From contig CM060733.1 in assembly GCA_030704615.1 (NCBI GenBank), positions 7,130,001 to 7,194,000 on the forward strand: a stretch of 64,000 bases of DNA, given 5' to 3'. Under the pieces are notes generated by a model. The model was given only the letters and a program-made list of their open reading frames with translations, was not told the DNA's origin and searched no databases. Source of the stretch: Takakia lepidozioides (Eukaryota; Plantae; Bryophyta). Shown in pieces: positions 24,440-38,469 of this stretch (position 1 is the stretch's first letter; the number at the start of each line of letters is the position of its first letter). The translations under genes were made by a program, and so were the position numbers.

Positions 24440-26070
24440 TACCCAAGGTTGCAGTCACTGAGGACAATTGGGAACCAGATGTTGGAACCTACAGTCAGCG
24501 GAGGGAGAGAGACGGAGGATTCAAGATTCTAGGGCTTATAGGAAATTGCTTTGCCTTCGGTTTTTGAGGGTCAGGAGATTCGTATTGATTTGGCAAGTGA
24601 CACACCAATCTTTTGAAGGCACTACCGGTATAGTGACATGGAGAGGTCATTGTTGGATTGGTGGAGTTGTCAGGCGGGGAGTATGTCTGGCAACGGTGAT
24701 GATGCCAGTAGAAGGATCTATGCAATTGGACAGAAACAAGGATGTGGGGGACTATCGTTTGTGAACCGTCAGACTAAGTCCGATAGATATGCCATGCCAA
24801 CTCCAGAGGAGATCTTTGATGCCATTGGGCATGCAAAGGTGTTTTTTAGCACAATTGGACTTGCGATCCGGTTACCATCAGTTGTCGATCAAAGAGGCTG
24901 ACAAGCAAAAGACGACATTCTGGGGGATTGACCAAACTGGGAATGAATTGTTTGTACCAATGGCGGTTCTTACCGTTTGGGGTGAAGAATGCTACTGCAG
25001 AGTTTCAGAGGGTCATGATAGAATTCTCGCGGGGCTAGACTTCGCCCGGTGCTACATGATGACATCATTGTCTTTAGTGCTACGGTTGAGGAGCATGAGA
25101 AACACCTTCAGGTGGTGTTTGAGAGCTTGAGAGCACACGGGTTGAAACTGCACCCCGGGAAAGTGCAAGTTCTTCCCCACAATTAGATTGAGTATCTGGG
25201 CCACATGATATACCCTGAGGATTGGGTGTTCAACAGACAAAGGTGGAGGCCAGTGCATGCATTCCACGCCCCATGGATGTGAGCCAGAGTTCGTGCTTTC
25301 ATGGATTGACAAAACTACTATCGACGGTTTGTCAAGGGATTAGCGCATTGCAAAGGCTCTTACCAAGTGACAAGGTGGGAGGAGTGCAGTGGGAGGAGGA
25401 GCAGGAGGGATGCCTTTGAGGAACTCAAGGGCTCGATTGACTTCTGCAACCTATTCTGAGGCGGCCTATTCGGGGGCGGCCTTTCCAGCTACATACGGAT
25501 TGGAGTATGTTGGGGATTGGAGCAGTGCTCACACAGGTGGATGATGAGGGAAGAGAGTTCATAGTGGCATATGCTAGCCGCTCGAACAATGATGCCGAGA
25601 CGAAGTATAGTTCCTATGAAGGGGAGTGTCTAGCTGCAGTATGGGTAGTGGCACATTTTAGATGCTACCTCTATGACAATCTCTTCACTCTTGTCACGGA
25701 TCATCAACCATTGAAGTGGTTGATGGAGTCAGGGAAGCTTGCACGGTGGGCACTTATGCTTCAAGAGTATGACCAGGTGGTGCATCGAGCCGGAATAGCA
25801 ACGGGATGCGGATATGGATTGAGTCGCAATCCATGCACAGTGAGCTTGATGATACATGAGCTCGTCGGCATGGTGAGACGGATGAGGAGATGGTGCCAGA
25901 ATGACACGCATGTGCATTTTTATGCATTCTAGCAATGGCAGCTCAATTCGGTCCATCCCATGTGATTGGTCATAGAGATAGTGTGCATGACGATCCAGAG
26001 ATCAGTGAGGAGCTTGGTGGTGCTAAGGATGTATATGAAGATGTAGCAGTGTTGGCCTACCTTCGTACAT
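24440..26070 (+). pseudogene. Reverse transcriptase and RNase H of the host Gypsy element, multiply frameshifted
   Basis: DRYAMPTPEEIFD, LDLRSGYHQ, LPFG, DDIIVFS, GLKLHPGKC; RNase H GIGAVLTQ..IVAYASR..YSSYEGECLAAVW..TDHQPLKWL. Confidence 0.9.
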
Positions 26071-29000
26071 CTGGACCTCTCACACCATTAAGATCAAAGA
26101 GTACATCACCTATACCGGAAGAACTAGATTGGATGCCACTCCTTTGTTTTTGCAAGAAAGATTAAGGGAATTGGTACAGAAGAAGATCAATCCCGAGGTG
26201 AAAGATCTGAGGTACATCCTTGGATAAAGATTTGACAGAAATCTTTGATAAGAGTTGGCATGGAACACCAAAAGCAGGAACTCCAGTTTCTGAAGCAGAA
26301 GGTGAAGAAGGAGAAGAGGATGTGGCAGAGCCAACGGAGAGTTCAGACTCTCCAACACCATTACAGTTGAGTTACATGAGTGAAGAAGAAACCCAAGGGC
26401 AGAACTTGGAGGATGAAAATAGAGAGAAGAAATTGGAAGAGGAAGAATATGAAGAAGTAGACCCAACAGCTGAGGTTGAGACTACAACCAGGACATCCCA
26501 ACCCGGGACTGGATCAAGTGAAGCACTTGGATCACAGGCCAACGAAGGTGTCGGCTCAGAGGGATCAGGCGGGCTGCCTGGATCTGGCTCTGGGGGGACA
26601 GGGAGTGTGGGAAGTAGTGCAACTGAAGCTGGGAATACTGTGAATATCGTGGGGCCAGAAGCAGGGAGTGCTCAAGGGCCACCACTTGGTGGAAGATCCA
26701 CCACAAAAACAACAGGTCCAGAAGGACCAGCACCAGCAAGGGGTGCCAGCACCTGTCAGTGGGCAGAAGGTAGGGCCACAGATGGCGTTACAACCAACAC
26801 GGCAAAACCACCCTTTCCAATATATTCAGGAAAAGGGGATCCCGATGTACACATTAGCCAATTTGAGCACATGTGTATAGTGAACAATGAGAAGGCGATG
26901 ATGCCAAGATGAGACTGTTTCCTTGTTCACTTATCAAGAAAGCAAGTGAATGGTATGCAAGATTCCCTGATAATCATTTCCTAACCTGGAATGGCTTGAA
27001 TACAGCATTTCGAAATAGGTTCAGGACAAGTAAAACTGAGGATGAAGTGTATGGAAGTTTACAACAGCTGAAGCAGAAGAAGAAGCATGAAACTGTTGAA
27101 GAGGATATGGAGAAGATGGAATTGATGATGAAAAAGCTGGCTGCAGTACCAGCACCGATTTACAGAAGACATGGTTTGTGAGTGGACTAAGACTAGAGTT
27201 GCAAAAGAAAGTGATATGTTACCCCATAATACAGTGGAGGAGGCATTTGAAACTGCAAACAGAATTGAGCAATTGGAATGCTCAGGAGAGAGAAAAAGGA
27301 AGATGAGGACTCTGAGGATGAGTCAGATGAAGAAGAAGAGCAAGAACTAAAAGAAAGAGTAAGAGAAAGGAGAAGTTGAAGAGGGATAACTATGAAAAAA
27401 AATTGGAAGAAATCTTGAAGAAGTATGCCACAGAGGTTGCAACACATTGGAGGAAGGGTGTATGGTGTGCAAAGTGCCAGAATGAAGGCCATACCACCAC
27501 AGAATGCCACATGAAGGAGAAACACTGTACTATCTGTAAAATGGATAACCATTCTACTGAGAATTGTTACTACAACAGAAGGACAAGCTGCAAGAGAACC
27601 TAGGCAAGTAAGGTGCATCAGGTGCAGCCCCAGCCAAGAAGAAACAATGATCAGGACCACTATGGTAGGTCTGGTGGTTATAACAATGGCATGGAAGGGA
27701 GAGGTAATTCAAGAGGGAATTACCAAGGAAATTCCAGAGGCAACTATCAGGGTAATCCAAGGGGGAATTACCAGCCCGGGAATCAGATATTATAGAAATA
27801 ATCCAAGAACAGACCAAGGGCGGAGGACCCAATGGTGAAGAGCTATGTTACTATTGTAATCAGCCAGGACATCGCAAGGCAGCCTGTTCATTCTGGATAA
27901 GACACCAGAATGAGATGAGAGCTCCTGTGAATGAGGGCCCAGTGGTGGCAGCTCACATGGTTAGGCCATGTGTTGTACCAGAAGTAAGTACAATGATAGT
28001 AACAAGAAGTAAAGCCAAACTAATACCTCCAGTAGAAGAGGAAGAAGATGATAATGGAAAGTGGCAATGATATGCCTGAAGATGAAGAGACTTGGAAAGA
28101 TGAGAAGGAACTGCACAAGGAAGTGGCAGATACTATAAGGGAAATGCAAAGAGTACTGATATTCCTGTGGCAATTCCTCTGATTCGGATGAAGAGAAAAA
28201 GAAGGGAGTGAGGAAGAAAGGAAGAAAGAAGATGCAGACATGCAAAGTAATGAAGAGACTTTGGCTGAAGTAATATGCCAGACCAAAGCAGAAGAAATTA
28301 CCATTGGACAGCTATTAGTTGTGGCACCTTATTGTAGGCACAGGCTGTATCAAGCAATCAATCGAATTGCCCAAGAGACAGGAAACACAGACCTGAACAG
28401 CAAGGTGACCAGTTATAATGTGAAGCCGGAAGGGCGAAGAAACAGTCATGGACTTTGATGATTCTATGCCAGTAATCCAATTGAGAATTGGAAGCACAGA
28501 ACTAACTGATGTACTGATAGATGGTGGTTCTGGAGTAAATATCATGACAGACCAATTAAGCAAGAAGCTTAGTCTAACTAACATGAAACCAGCCCCATTA
28601 CAGTAACAATGGCAGATCAAAGAAGTGTACAGCCATTGGGATTAATAAGAGGAGTTAAGATACAGATACAGAAGATGATCTTTATGATCACAGTAACTGT
28701 GTTGAAAATGGATGAAGTCATGGAGGCTTACTCCTTATTATTGGGACGTCTGTGGCTGAAACAGGCCAGGGTATTCCATGACTGGAATTCTCAGTTACTA
28801 ACCGTGCATAATGGGATACATGAGATACAAATTACCACAAAGAAATCTAGTAGATTACCTGCTACAAAAAGACCTCGAGGAGTCAGAGAGTATGACTAGA
28901 AGGAGGACTGGATGAGGAGCAGGAAGCTACCCTATTTGCTGCACACCCAGAGTGGGAGCAGGTTGCAGAGATGCGGCTGGAAAGCTAAGTTGTTTGAGAC

Positions 29001-29864
29001 GTATCTGCTGTGGTGTAGTGACAGCAACACCAACTGAAGAGGAAACCAGCATTTACCCATCACATTTCTATGAAGAAAGAGAAGGAGAAATAGAAATCCT
29101 AGAAGAACCAGCCACTGTGAGCTTACAAGATGAAGTGGTGACTGGTTGGACAATCACAGCTGATGAGCAGGTGAGGGAAGTGAATGTGGGAACTAAAGAG
29201 GAACCGAGGATGGTGAAAGTAGGAGCTGATTTGGAGCCGGAATTCTTCGAAGAAGCTAAAAGCTTGTTCATCAAATACAAAGATGTATTTGCTTGGAGCT
29301 ATGAGGATCTAAAAGGGATACCACCTGAAGTCTGTCAGCATAAGATTGAACTGGAACCAGGGTCAGTACCAATCAAGCAGGCGAGGTATAGAATGAATCC
29401 CAACTACGCACAGAAGGTTGGAGAAGAGATAAAGAAGTTGGCTGAGGCTAAGTTTATATACCCAATAGAGTATACAACTTGGTTGTCACCCATTGTTATA
29501 GTTCCCAAGAAGAATGACAAACTAAGAGTATGTGTGAACTATAAGAAGCTGAATGCTTGTACGAAGAAAGATCCTTTCCTTTGCCATTCACAGAAGCAAT
29601 ATTAGACACTGTGGCAGGCCATGAGATGTACTCATTCATGGATGGCTTCAGTGGTTATAATCAAGTGCAAGTGGCAGAAGAAGACCAAGGGAAAACACCT
29701 TTCATCACAGACTGGGGGCTTATGCATACAAAGTCATGCCCTTTGGACTTTGTAATGCACCAGCGACCTTTCAGAGAGTGAAAGTGAATCTTTCATGAGT
29801 ATCTGGATGATTTCATGCAGGTATTCTTGGATGATTTCAGTGTGTACAGCCTAAGAATGAGCAC

Positions 29865-31808
29865 TTGCATAAATTGGAGTTATGTTTGGCCAGATGCAGG
29901 ATGAGAGGTCTGGGCCTGAATCCAGAGAAGTGTACTTTCTGTGTGAACTCAGGGGTGCTTCTGGGACACATTGTGTGTAAGAAGGGACTCCTTGTGGATC
30001 CCAGAAAGACAGAGTCCATTAAAGCCTCTCCACCACCAGTGAATGTTAAAAGTCTACGGAGATTCCTTGGGCAAACCAGTTATTACAAGAGATTTGTCAA
30101 AAGGTATGCACAAATAGCAGCACCATTGAGCAAACTACTGAAGAAAGATGCAGTGTTTGCCTGGACAGCTGAATGTCAACAGGCGTTTGAGGAACTTACA
30201 CTGTCAGTAACAACTACACCTGTGCTGATTAACCCTCACTGGCATGTAGTATTCCATGTTCACTGCGATGCATCAGGAGAAGCATTGGGAGCGGTGTTGT
30301 TAGCCCAGAATGTTACAGGGAATATAGATTCACCTGTGTACTATGCTAGCCGGTTGATGAACAGTGCTGAAAAGAACTATAGCACAACGGAAAGAGAAGC
30401 ATTGGCAATGATCTATGCAGTGAAGAAATTCAGGCATTACCTGTTGGGCAAGAAGTTTATGTTCCATGTGGATCACCAGGCTCTGATATACCTGGTAAAC
30501 AAACCTCTGATAAGCGGAAGAATAGCAAGATGGTTGATAATCTTGCACGAGTTTGAGTTCGAGGTTGTTTACAAGCCTGGGAGACTACATCTTGTGGCGG
30601 ATCATTTGTCACGATTGTCAACAGGAGAACCAGCCACAGGAATAGATGATCAATTACCAGATGCGAGTCTCTTTGCAGTGGAGGTGCAGGGAAGTGCAAA
30701 TGACTGGTTAGATTGGCAGTGGCCAATCAGATACTACCTTGCTCATGGTCAGTGCCCACCTAGTTATGGTAAGGAGCAGAGGAAGAGAATCGCTATCAAA
30801 GCTTTACCTTATACTATGGTAGGAAGCAGAATGTATAAGTTAGGACCTGATGGAGTACTAAAACGATGCTTGTACCACCATGAAGTAAATAAAGTTTTGG
30901 CGGAAGTTCATAAAGGAGTGGCTGGAGGTCATTTTGGAGAAGAGACTACCAGTAGGAAGATACTACTCGCAGGATACTGGTGGCCTACTTTGTTCAAAGA
31001 TGTACACGAGTATTGTCAGAAGTGTGATGAATGTCAGAGGCTAGGACCTTTGCAGAGATCTGGAAGGATGGCCTTGCATCCTACAATGCCTACAGAATCA
31101 TTTCAGAAATGGGGACTAGACTTTGTTGGACCAATTAACCCACCATCCAAGAATACACGAAATAGGTACATAATTACAGCCACTGATTATACTACAAAGT
31201 GGGTGGAAGCTAAAGCTTTGAGGGACAACACAGCCAAGTCCACAACAAGGTTCCTGTACGAGAACATACTTACACGATTTGGCTGTCCCTTAGAATTTAT
31301 CAGTGATCAGGGAAGTCACTTCATGAATGAGACCATTGAGTTGTTGACTAAAGAGTTCATGATTGTGCATAGAAAGAGTACAACATATTACCCACAGGGT
31401 AATGGGCAGGCAGAGGCTACCAACAAAATACTATGTACTATCTTGGCTAAGATAGTCAATGCAAACAGAACGGATTGGGATACAAAGCTGCTGACAGCTT
31501 TGTGGTCATACATGACTTCATATAAAGTCACCACTAAGTATACACCATTCCAATTAGTTTATGGTATGGAAGCCTTACTTCCAGTGGAATTCCTGTTACC
31601 TACCATGAGAACGGAGTGGGGAAAGAGAATGGAATTGCAAGACTCCATCAAGGTCAGGAAACATGAATTATACCATGTGGAAGAAGTACGTGCTGATGCA
31701 GCTAATAATATGACCAGAATTCAGATGAAGCGAAAGGAACAGTTTGATGAAGGCAAGTTAAAGACTTTTAAGATGAGGGATTTGGTTCTATGGTTGCAGA
31801 AGAAATGA
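29865..31808 (+). CDS. Open RT C-terminus / RNase H / integrase portion of the nested element's pol
   Basis: VHCDASG, YASRLMNSAEKNYSTTEREAL, HHCC motif (H..GGHF...CDEC), WGLDFVGP, ISDQGSHF, YPQGNGQAE. Confidence 0.9.
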   Translation: MHKLELCLARCRMRGLGLNPEKCTFCVNSGVLLGHIVCKKGLLVDPRKTESIKASPPPVNVKSLRRFLGQTSYYKRFVKRYAQIAAPLSKLLKKDAVFAWTAECQQAFEELTLSVTTTPVLINPHWHVVFHVHCDASGEALGAVLLAQNVTGNIDSPVYYASRLMNSAEKNYSTTEREALAMIYAVKKFRHYLLGKKFMFHVDHQALIYLVNKPLISGRIARWLIILHEFEFEVVYKPGRLHLVADHLSRLSTGEPATGIDDQLPDASLFAVEVQGSANDWLDWQWPIRYYLAHGQCPPSYGKEQRKRIAIKALPYTMVGSRMYKLGPDGVLKRCLYHHEVNKVLAEVHKGVAGGHFGEETTSRKILLAGYWWPTLFKDVHEYCQKCDECQRLGPLQRSGRMALHPTMPTESFQKWGLDFVGPINPPSKNTRNRYIITATDYTTKWVEAKALRDNTAKSTTRFLYENILTRFGCPLEFISDQGSHFMNETIELLTKEFMIVHRKSTTYYPQGNGQAEATNKILCTILAKIVNANRTDWDTKLLTALWSYMTSYKVTTKYTPFQLVYGMEALLPVEFLLPTMRTEWGKRMELQDSIKVRKHELYHVEEVRADAANNMTRIQMKRKEQFDEGKLKTFKMRDLVLWLQKK

Positions 31809-32047
31809 AAGATTCAAGCTTCTAAGCTTAAATCACCATGGAAAGGACCTTATGTCATACAAAAGATGTATGATAACAACACCGCCATGTTACAAACCAT
31901 TAACAAAGAAATGCTGGGAAGAGTCAACGCCAATAAGTTGAAGGGGTACAGTGGTATCCATGACAAACCCTTGCAGCATGATTTGCATGTTGAACCGCAA
32001 GAGCAGTCACGGGCTGCACCAGTGTTACGAACGGAGTATGGAGCACT

Positions 32048-33053
32048 TGTCGCTAGGCCCAGCATATATGACCAGGGCGGGCAAAACAAACGTGACACAG
32101 CCTATCACAGCCCAACAAGGCAAAGCATAGCCTATCACAGCCCATCACGACGTGACACAGCCTATCACAGCCCATCACGACGTGACACAGCCTATCACAG
32201 CCCATCAAGGCAAAGCACAACCTATCACAGCCCATCACAACGTGACACAACCTATCACAGCCCAGCACGGCGCAACACAGCCTATCACAACCTACCACAG
32301 CGTGTCACAGCCTATCACAGCTTACCACAGTGCATCACAGCCTATCTTAGCGTAACACAGTATGACACAGCCTGTCACAGCTCAACACAGCCTACTAAAG
32401 TTACACGATCCATAGAATCAGTGACAGGTGGACGCATAATAACTTCAGGAAAATGGCTGACGGACGAGAAAACGGAAATTAGTTTAAAAATAGACACGTG
32501 GAGGTCAGGGCGCGACACACAGCTGAGAAGGAAGTGCAAGAACATGTGTCATAAAGAAAGAGGACAAGAACGGCCGTCAAAAGGGATGAAAGGCGGGCCC
32601 ATTAATGAATACGGAAAAAGAGAAACGGAACGAACGGCAAGTACAGAAAAGCGAAATTCTTGTCACATATGTGATCCTAGTGGACTATCCAGCAGGGAAA
32701 GTCCACTAAAGAAAATAAAATCTAAAATCCAGTCACAGCGGATACAACCAATAGAAAACCAGAGAAAGGATCAAGAAAATGGAGGGAAATTGAGCGCAAG
32801 AGGCGGCGTCGTTCTGAGTAACGAGCGTCTCGACGGGACAGACCATCAATGCTATAGCTTGGAAACTATGGAGGAACTAACAGACTATACGCTCGCAATA
32901 TTACTTACGCAGTGGCATAGACACGAAAGGACAGAGCGGAGCTTTTCTCTTGAGCGATGCTTGCAAGCCCCGCAGGCTTACAAGAAATTACCCATAGCTT
33001 TCTGCGGCAACCATACGTTTATGCTTTGTGCACTACAGGCATTCAGAGAGACA
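32048..33053 (+). repeat. Probable 3' LTR of the nested element, with ~30-bp CACAGCCTATCACAGCC minisatellite (32090-32395)
   Basis: TGTCGC...GAGACA termini, downstream of integrase; the 5' boundary is uncertain. Confidence 0.55.
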
Positions 33054-33885
33054 GCAGCCAGTGTGATTGCTAAGGAGAGAGATCGGATCCTACAACAAGC
33101 CAAGAGGTTCAAGTGGGATGGGACTCATCTACTCCGAGTATGGGAGGATGGACGAGTGAGGATTGTGCCTCATCCAACATAGCGAGCGCGATTGGTACGC
33201 CATGCCCATGAGGAGTTGGGACATTTTGGGGTGCGGCGCACTCATAGTTTGCTGCAAGGACAGTATTGGTGGCGGGGCATGCACACGGATGTGCAACAGT
33301 TAGTGGCAAGGTGCATGGTGTGTGATAGAGTGCGGGCTTCTTTCAATGTACCTACTCTACAATTGCATCCTTTACCCATTATGGGTTTGGGCTATCGTTG
33401 GAGTCTTGACTTCGCATGCCCATTGCTATTGATGATTCGCCATAACAAGTATGTGCTGGTGATGGTGGAACATTTCTCCAAATGGATTGAACTGGTGGCA
33501 TTGCCTGACAAGGCAAGTGAGGGGGCTGCGTATGCATTCTTAGATCGAGTGCTTAGCCAATTTGGTGCTCCAGCCGAGGTACTCACGGACCAGGGGAGAG
33601 AGTTCTTGTGGGAGTTTCAGGCTTTGTGTGAGCAAGCCTTGATAGATTACCGCACTACTTCTCGGATCATCCCGAGGCTGATGGCTTGGCGGAGATAGTT
33701 GTTCAGACAGTCAAGAGAGGTTTGCGCAAGTACGGTTTACAGAAAGGACACCGAGGAGATTGGGACCTTCAGCTGCCTTGGTTAGCTATGGGCTATAGGT
33801 TCAGCAAACAAGCTTCACTTGCCTCCTTCTCACCTTACTTTCTTCTCTTCGGCCGAGAGCCGGATTTGCCTGCATCTATTCGCAG
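33054..33885 (+). pseudogene. Integrase of the host (methyltransferase-bearing) Gypsy element, 3'-truncated
   Basis: HEELGHFG...YWWRGM...CMVC; WSLDFA; VEHFSKW; VLTDQGREF; the sequence diverges after SPYFLLFGREP. Confidence 0.88.
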
Positions 33886-36800
33886 GGGAAAGAGAGAAGG
33901 GAGGAAGGGGATCCACATGGATTTAAAGTGAATTCGAGGAAAACAAAAGCCATTCTCTTTCTTCCTACGGCCGAATCCGGACTTTTGGCTTGCGCACCTT
34001 CCCCAATAGGGACCCGGGGAAAGTTGGGGACTCTCTTGGCTGCAGCTAGGATCTTTGCATTCTCTGCTTGGCCATCTAATTGGACATTCCAAACGCATTT
34101 TTATTTGGGCAAATAAATTTTGGGAAGTATGCGTCGACTTCTTGGGTGGCATCCGTACTCAACAGATTTTGGGCACTCATAGATGCCACTCCTATATAAC
34201 AATTGTATTTGTGGGCTTGAACTAAAGGAACATTCCTGTCCAGAAATTATTCATCCATACCCCAAAAACCATCCAAGAAAACATCTGTTTCATACACATT
34301 CATCCATTCCAACCATTTATGTGGAAATATTCACGGTTTCGTCATGTGATCGTCAAACTCTTGGACGACACATTCCATTACGACACGTGCCACGTCCCTA
34401 TTTGGTGACAGACCCTTCACTTACTAGGACGACGGCGCCCGTGACCCGCGCCATGTGGTGCTCATCCATCCACCACATTCATCCAGTGTGTTGTAGAACA
34501 GTTAGGTGGAAGCTCTGCGAGGACCTTCCCCTGCGAGACGTGCCACTCCCCTGATCCCTCCACGAAACCCTCCTCGGGACGTGGGTCCCACGTGGCATGC
34601 CTCCGGTCGTAGGTACTAGGTACTCATCCATCAACGTCGTTCATCCAACATGCGCGCACAGAATCATCCACGGCCGGCAGGAAGCAGACCAGGAAGCATC
34701 GCCCGCTTGGGCCGCACGACACCAGCGCGCGTGCGGGCCGCAGCCTTTTGACGCACGTGTTTTGTTCTGCGCGCTGCCCCGCCCGGTCGTAAGACCCATG
34801 ACGTGGCGCAGCGGGCAGGTGGGAGGCGGGGCAGCCCCTCAATTCTGTCGAATTGGCAGCCTTTTGCACAATGACTCATCCATCATCGCAGATTCATCCT
34901 CCAATCATCCAACAATGGATGCTCCGCCGTGAGTATCATTCATCCCTGCACCTCGCCCTGCCCGTTGTCGGGGATGTAAGGGTCAAATGGAATCTGCCCG
35001 TGCTCGCCCGGCCCGTGCTCCGTCTTCGTCTACTTGTTCTCGTCGTTTGCACTCCTTTGAACACACTCTTCTCTTGAGCGTTTCTCGACTCTGACTGCCT
35101 CTTCCTGCCCTCGAAGAGTTTTTCTTCGAGAAATTTTTGCAACACCTGGCTCTTGAGGTGTTGTCCAGTTTCAGCGTCTGAACAACCCACATTGTTTTGC
35201 TCTCTGTGAAGGGAGGAGGATCCTGACCTTATCGCATCTCTCGAGATTGTTTCAACATTGTCAAGCTTTGGTCATCTCTGTGAAGTTGTTTGTTGCAGTC
35301 GAGTGAGCTCGGAAGACGCATTGTGTCTGTCCATCCCGTTGGCTACTATCCTCTGTGATCTGGCTATGGCGAGGGGTCTAGCTTCATTGAGCGGGAGTGG
35401 CAGGCAACGAAGGGGATCCCCGAGGCGGGGGCAGGTGAAGGCGGCCATAGCTGCTTCCTTCATCCATGCTGTTGCGTCCATTATTCATGGAGCTGCCCGC
35501 TCTGTTACGTCCCACCGCTCACATTCCAGATGCAGCAGCTCAAGATACTGAGCAAACTGTGCTCTACTGTGATCGATTCCGACGGACATCCTAATTTTTC
35601 TTCAGCAGGAGGATCGTACATTTCTCTCCAAAGCCAAATGAAGAGCCGCTCTGCTTTACTCAAGCATCAGGCATCCTGGAACGAAGAGTCAATGTGACTG
35701 GCGTACATGGAGCTTTTCAGTTGGAGGATGGCAATGCGTGAGGGTTCTCCATAGTTGCGCGTCAAAGCAGATTCACCCGGCAAAGACTGGTGAGGCAGGC
35801 CTGGAGGTTCCTACTCTTTGTGGCTTTTATTTCTTGGCTGGACGAAAAAAAAATGTCACCAGACTGGTGCAGGAGAAGAGACGACCTGTAATAACGGATC
35901 TCAACCAACGTTGAAGAGAGATGGAGACAATTTCGCGGATTCTGTGATTGTTTCACTTTCTGCATCCCTTCGCGACGTTCTCAAAATTGTGGGAGACCCT
36001 TCCTCGACAAAGCAGTTTTGTAAATAATGGCTTTGGTAGTCTTGCCTGTGTCAATTGTATGTTGGCATACGGATTCAGTTTCTGTATAGGACAGACTGAG
36101 AATGTACAGTTGCCCCCGTGGCATTTTGTAAGACAGAGTAAAATGGAAGAGCAATTTTGGAGCAAAATGTGATGCGGATCTATCTTGATTCTATGAGGTG
36201 TCGAAGTAAGAGTCGAACCTCAAAGATACAGCGTTGAATCTAACTAACAGGTCTCAGTTTTGATCCCACCAAGGTTGCAGTGTTGTTATGACATTACAGG
36301 GCAGAAACATCAGTATGGGTGTCAGATTTTCCTTCGCATTCCTGAACTACTTACATAGGTCCTTAAACCCACAAGTGAAACAATGCTACCTCTAGTTTCT
36401 TAGCCCAGTTGCCCGTGTTAGAAAAAACGGGGTGCAATTTTTCCACGGACATCTCTCGACACAATACGCTTAGTTCACTGCAACTGGACATATGCAAGAG
36501 TGTGTTTCTTTCTGTTTGTGTAGAAGCTGCTGCTACAGAAAACTGAAAGAAAGCGTAATTCTTAACCTTTGTATCATACAGTTTATAAGGGAAGTTTTCA
36601 CAGTGATGAATCGTGATGCTTCCTCAACCACTTACGTTGAATATTCGATCCACATGAATAAATCTACTGACATATACTAAGACCCCCTTGAAGATGTATG
36701 GGTAAATCAGTATCATGGAGGGAGTGGCATCTCATGTTGCCTCAGCACTTCACACAGCACAAGCTTGTACTGGTCCAAACCCAGTCAGGGAAGGAAAAAA

Positions 36801-37094
36801 GGACCCTGAAGAAGTGTCGTGCTGGCTGCACAGAGATGAGGGGGAGTGTTAGTAAGAAGACTAGTATTTGCAGTATGGAGATGGTCGTGTATTTTCTCAG
36901 ATATACTACAGGTGTTTAAGTTGGACTACCCTGTCATCAATTCAGAACGGTCCAAAACAGTCTATTTCGCTACAGGGCCTCCCAAACACAGTGAACTGTC
37001 CTCGTTGCTTTGCCAGAGGTGTTACTCCTCCCAACGCATGTCCTGCAAGTTCCTTTTTTCCAGCAATTCAGTGCTCTCAAAGCAAATCCGCTAA

Positions 37095-37500
37095 AATATA
37101 GTTTATCCCAGGAGCAGCGATTTAGGCCTCTTCTTGACAGACTCAAGGCTGAGCTCTCTTTTTGGTGCTCCTCCCGTCTCTCGATTGCTGGCAGGGCTTT
37201 GGGGACCAGCCAAATTCGGTCTGCTAGCTTTAGTTTAGTCCCCTGGTGCCCTCATTATCAAGAAGGTCAAAGCTATGATACAGAACTTCCTTTGGGGTGC
37301 TTCTGATGCTTCCACTGCCTGTCGATCACTGGTTTCTTGCGCACAACTTGTCTAAAGAGCAAGGGAGGCCTCGGCATTCTTGAAATTGAAACTCAGATTC
37401 TTGCCCTGTGCTTAGTAAGGGGTTCCTTGATCCTTCCATCCCGACGCAGGCCATGGAAATTTCTGGTAGGGAACCACCTGTCCTCTTCTCAGCCTTGCTC
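37095..37500 (+). mobile_element. L1-type LINE ORF2 fragment (post-RT region)
   Basis: LLDRLKAELSFWCSSRLSIAGRAL, IQNFLWG and CLKSKGGLGI in broken frames. Confidence 0.75.
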
Positions 37501-38469
37501 TCTGTCTCTTTGGAATCTACGTCTTAGCTTCTGGCCAGTCCTGGGTCTTTCTCTCCAACTTACGCTACTGCTTACATGATCAACTTCCTGATTTCCCCTT
37601 CCTTGTTCGCTCCTCGCACTCTTTCTGTCGTTTTGCTGCTTATGTACATCTGCCCAACAGAGCACAACCCGAGGCCCTCTGCCTCCTCTTATGTATCTCT
37701 GGCATGCCTCCTACCTCCAATGGATCGTATGGACCAGTGTTGGACTGGTATGTCCATTAGTTAATACCAGACTGATCCTGGTATGAAGGGTCCCATCCCT
37801 TTTCATACCAGGCTGGTATAGGTATCTCTACAGGTATGAGCAACTTGGATGAATCTGGTATGAGTAGTTGTACTTTGGGCTGTATATGAGTATGGTACTG
37901 GTATTGGCCTTTTTTTTAGTGATACTGGGGGTATATGAGCACTGGTATGGTGTTTCTACTGCTCACCATACATAGAAATAAATGTCATTAAGCACACAAC
38001 TAATTGTAGTCTAACTATACTGGACAAAGAAGGATATCAACTTGTCCTACTAGCCCTGTTACACACCCGCCAGCCTGGCGCGGGCGTTCCGGGACAATCA
38101 TTTGGGTCTTCAGTAGACTTCCAGTCTATATTGGGCATCTGGAATGTGTATTCGGAGATCAGACTACTTCAGAGATGTTCTTTCCTCAAACATCCAGATT
38201 GGTGAAGAAACTACAGTCAGTAATTAGAATGCTTGAGATCCTTTGTTGGGCTCAAGAACCTATGTCTTGGAATGGGAAATGTTGGCCATCGTGCTGGGGT
38301 TCCATAAGTGTGATGTGCGCAATGAAGGCAGTGTTTGTGACTCTGTCGATGCAAACAGTGAGGAGTTTACAGGCTTGGTTCACCATAGCTCCTGTGAGGA
38401 GCTCTATTCACACTTAAGTTTGAAGTTGTAATGAAAAAACTCAAGATCTTCTGCATGACCACATACATA

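Larger units (their letters stand above)
26070..33053 (+). mobile_element. Nested Athila/Tat-like Ty3/Gypsy element (gag-PR-RT-RH-INT plus 3' LTR; 5' LTR missing)
   Basis: gag PIYSGKGDPDVHISQF and LFPCSLIKKASEWY; three CCHC knuckles; protease VLIDGGSGVNI; RT FMDGFSGYNQ and FLDDF; integrase; WKGPY motif. The host element's frame resumes after ...GAGACA at 33053. Confidence 0.9.

Noticed and set aside
31866-33182. 438-aa ORF with AYHSP repeats as an extra (env-like) gene
   Set aside because: It runs through the integrase tail, an LTR minisatellite and the host integrase; it is an accidental read-through across a junction.
33890-36200. Protein-coding gene in the GC-rich region after the integrase
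   Set aside because: Only short overlapping ORFs with no recognisable domain; left unassigned.
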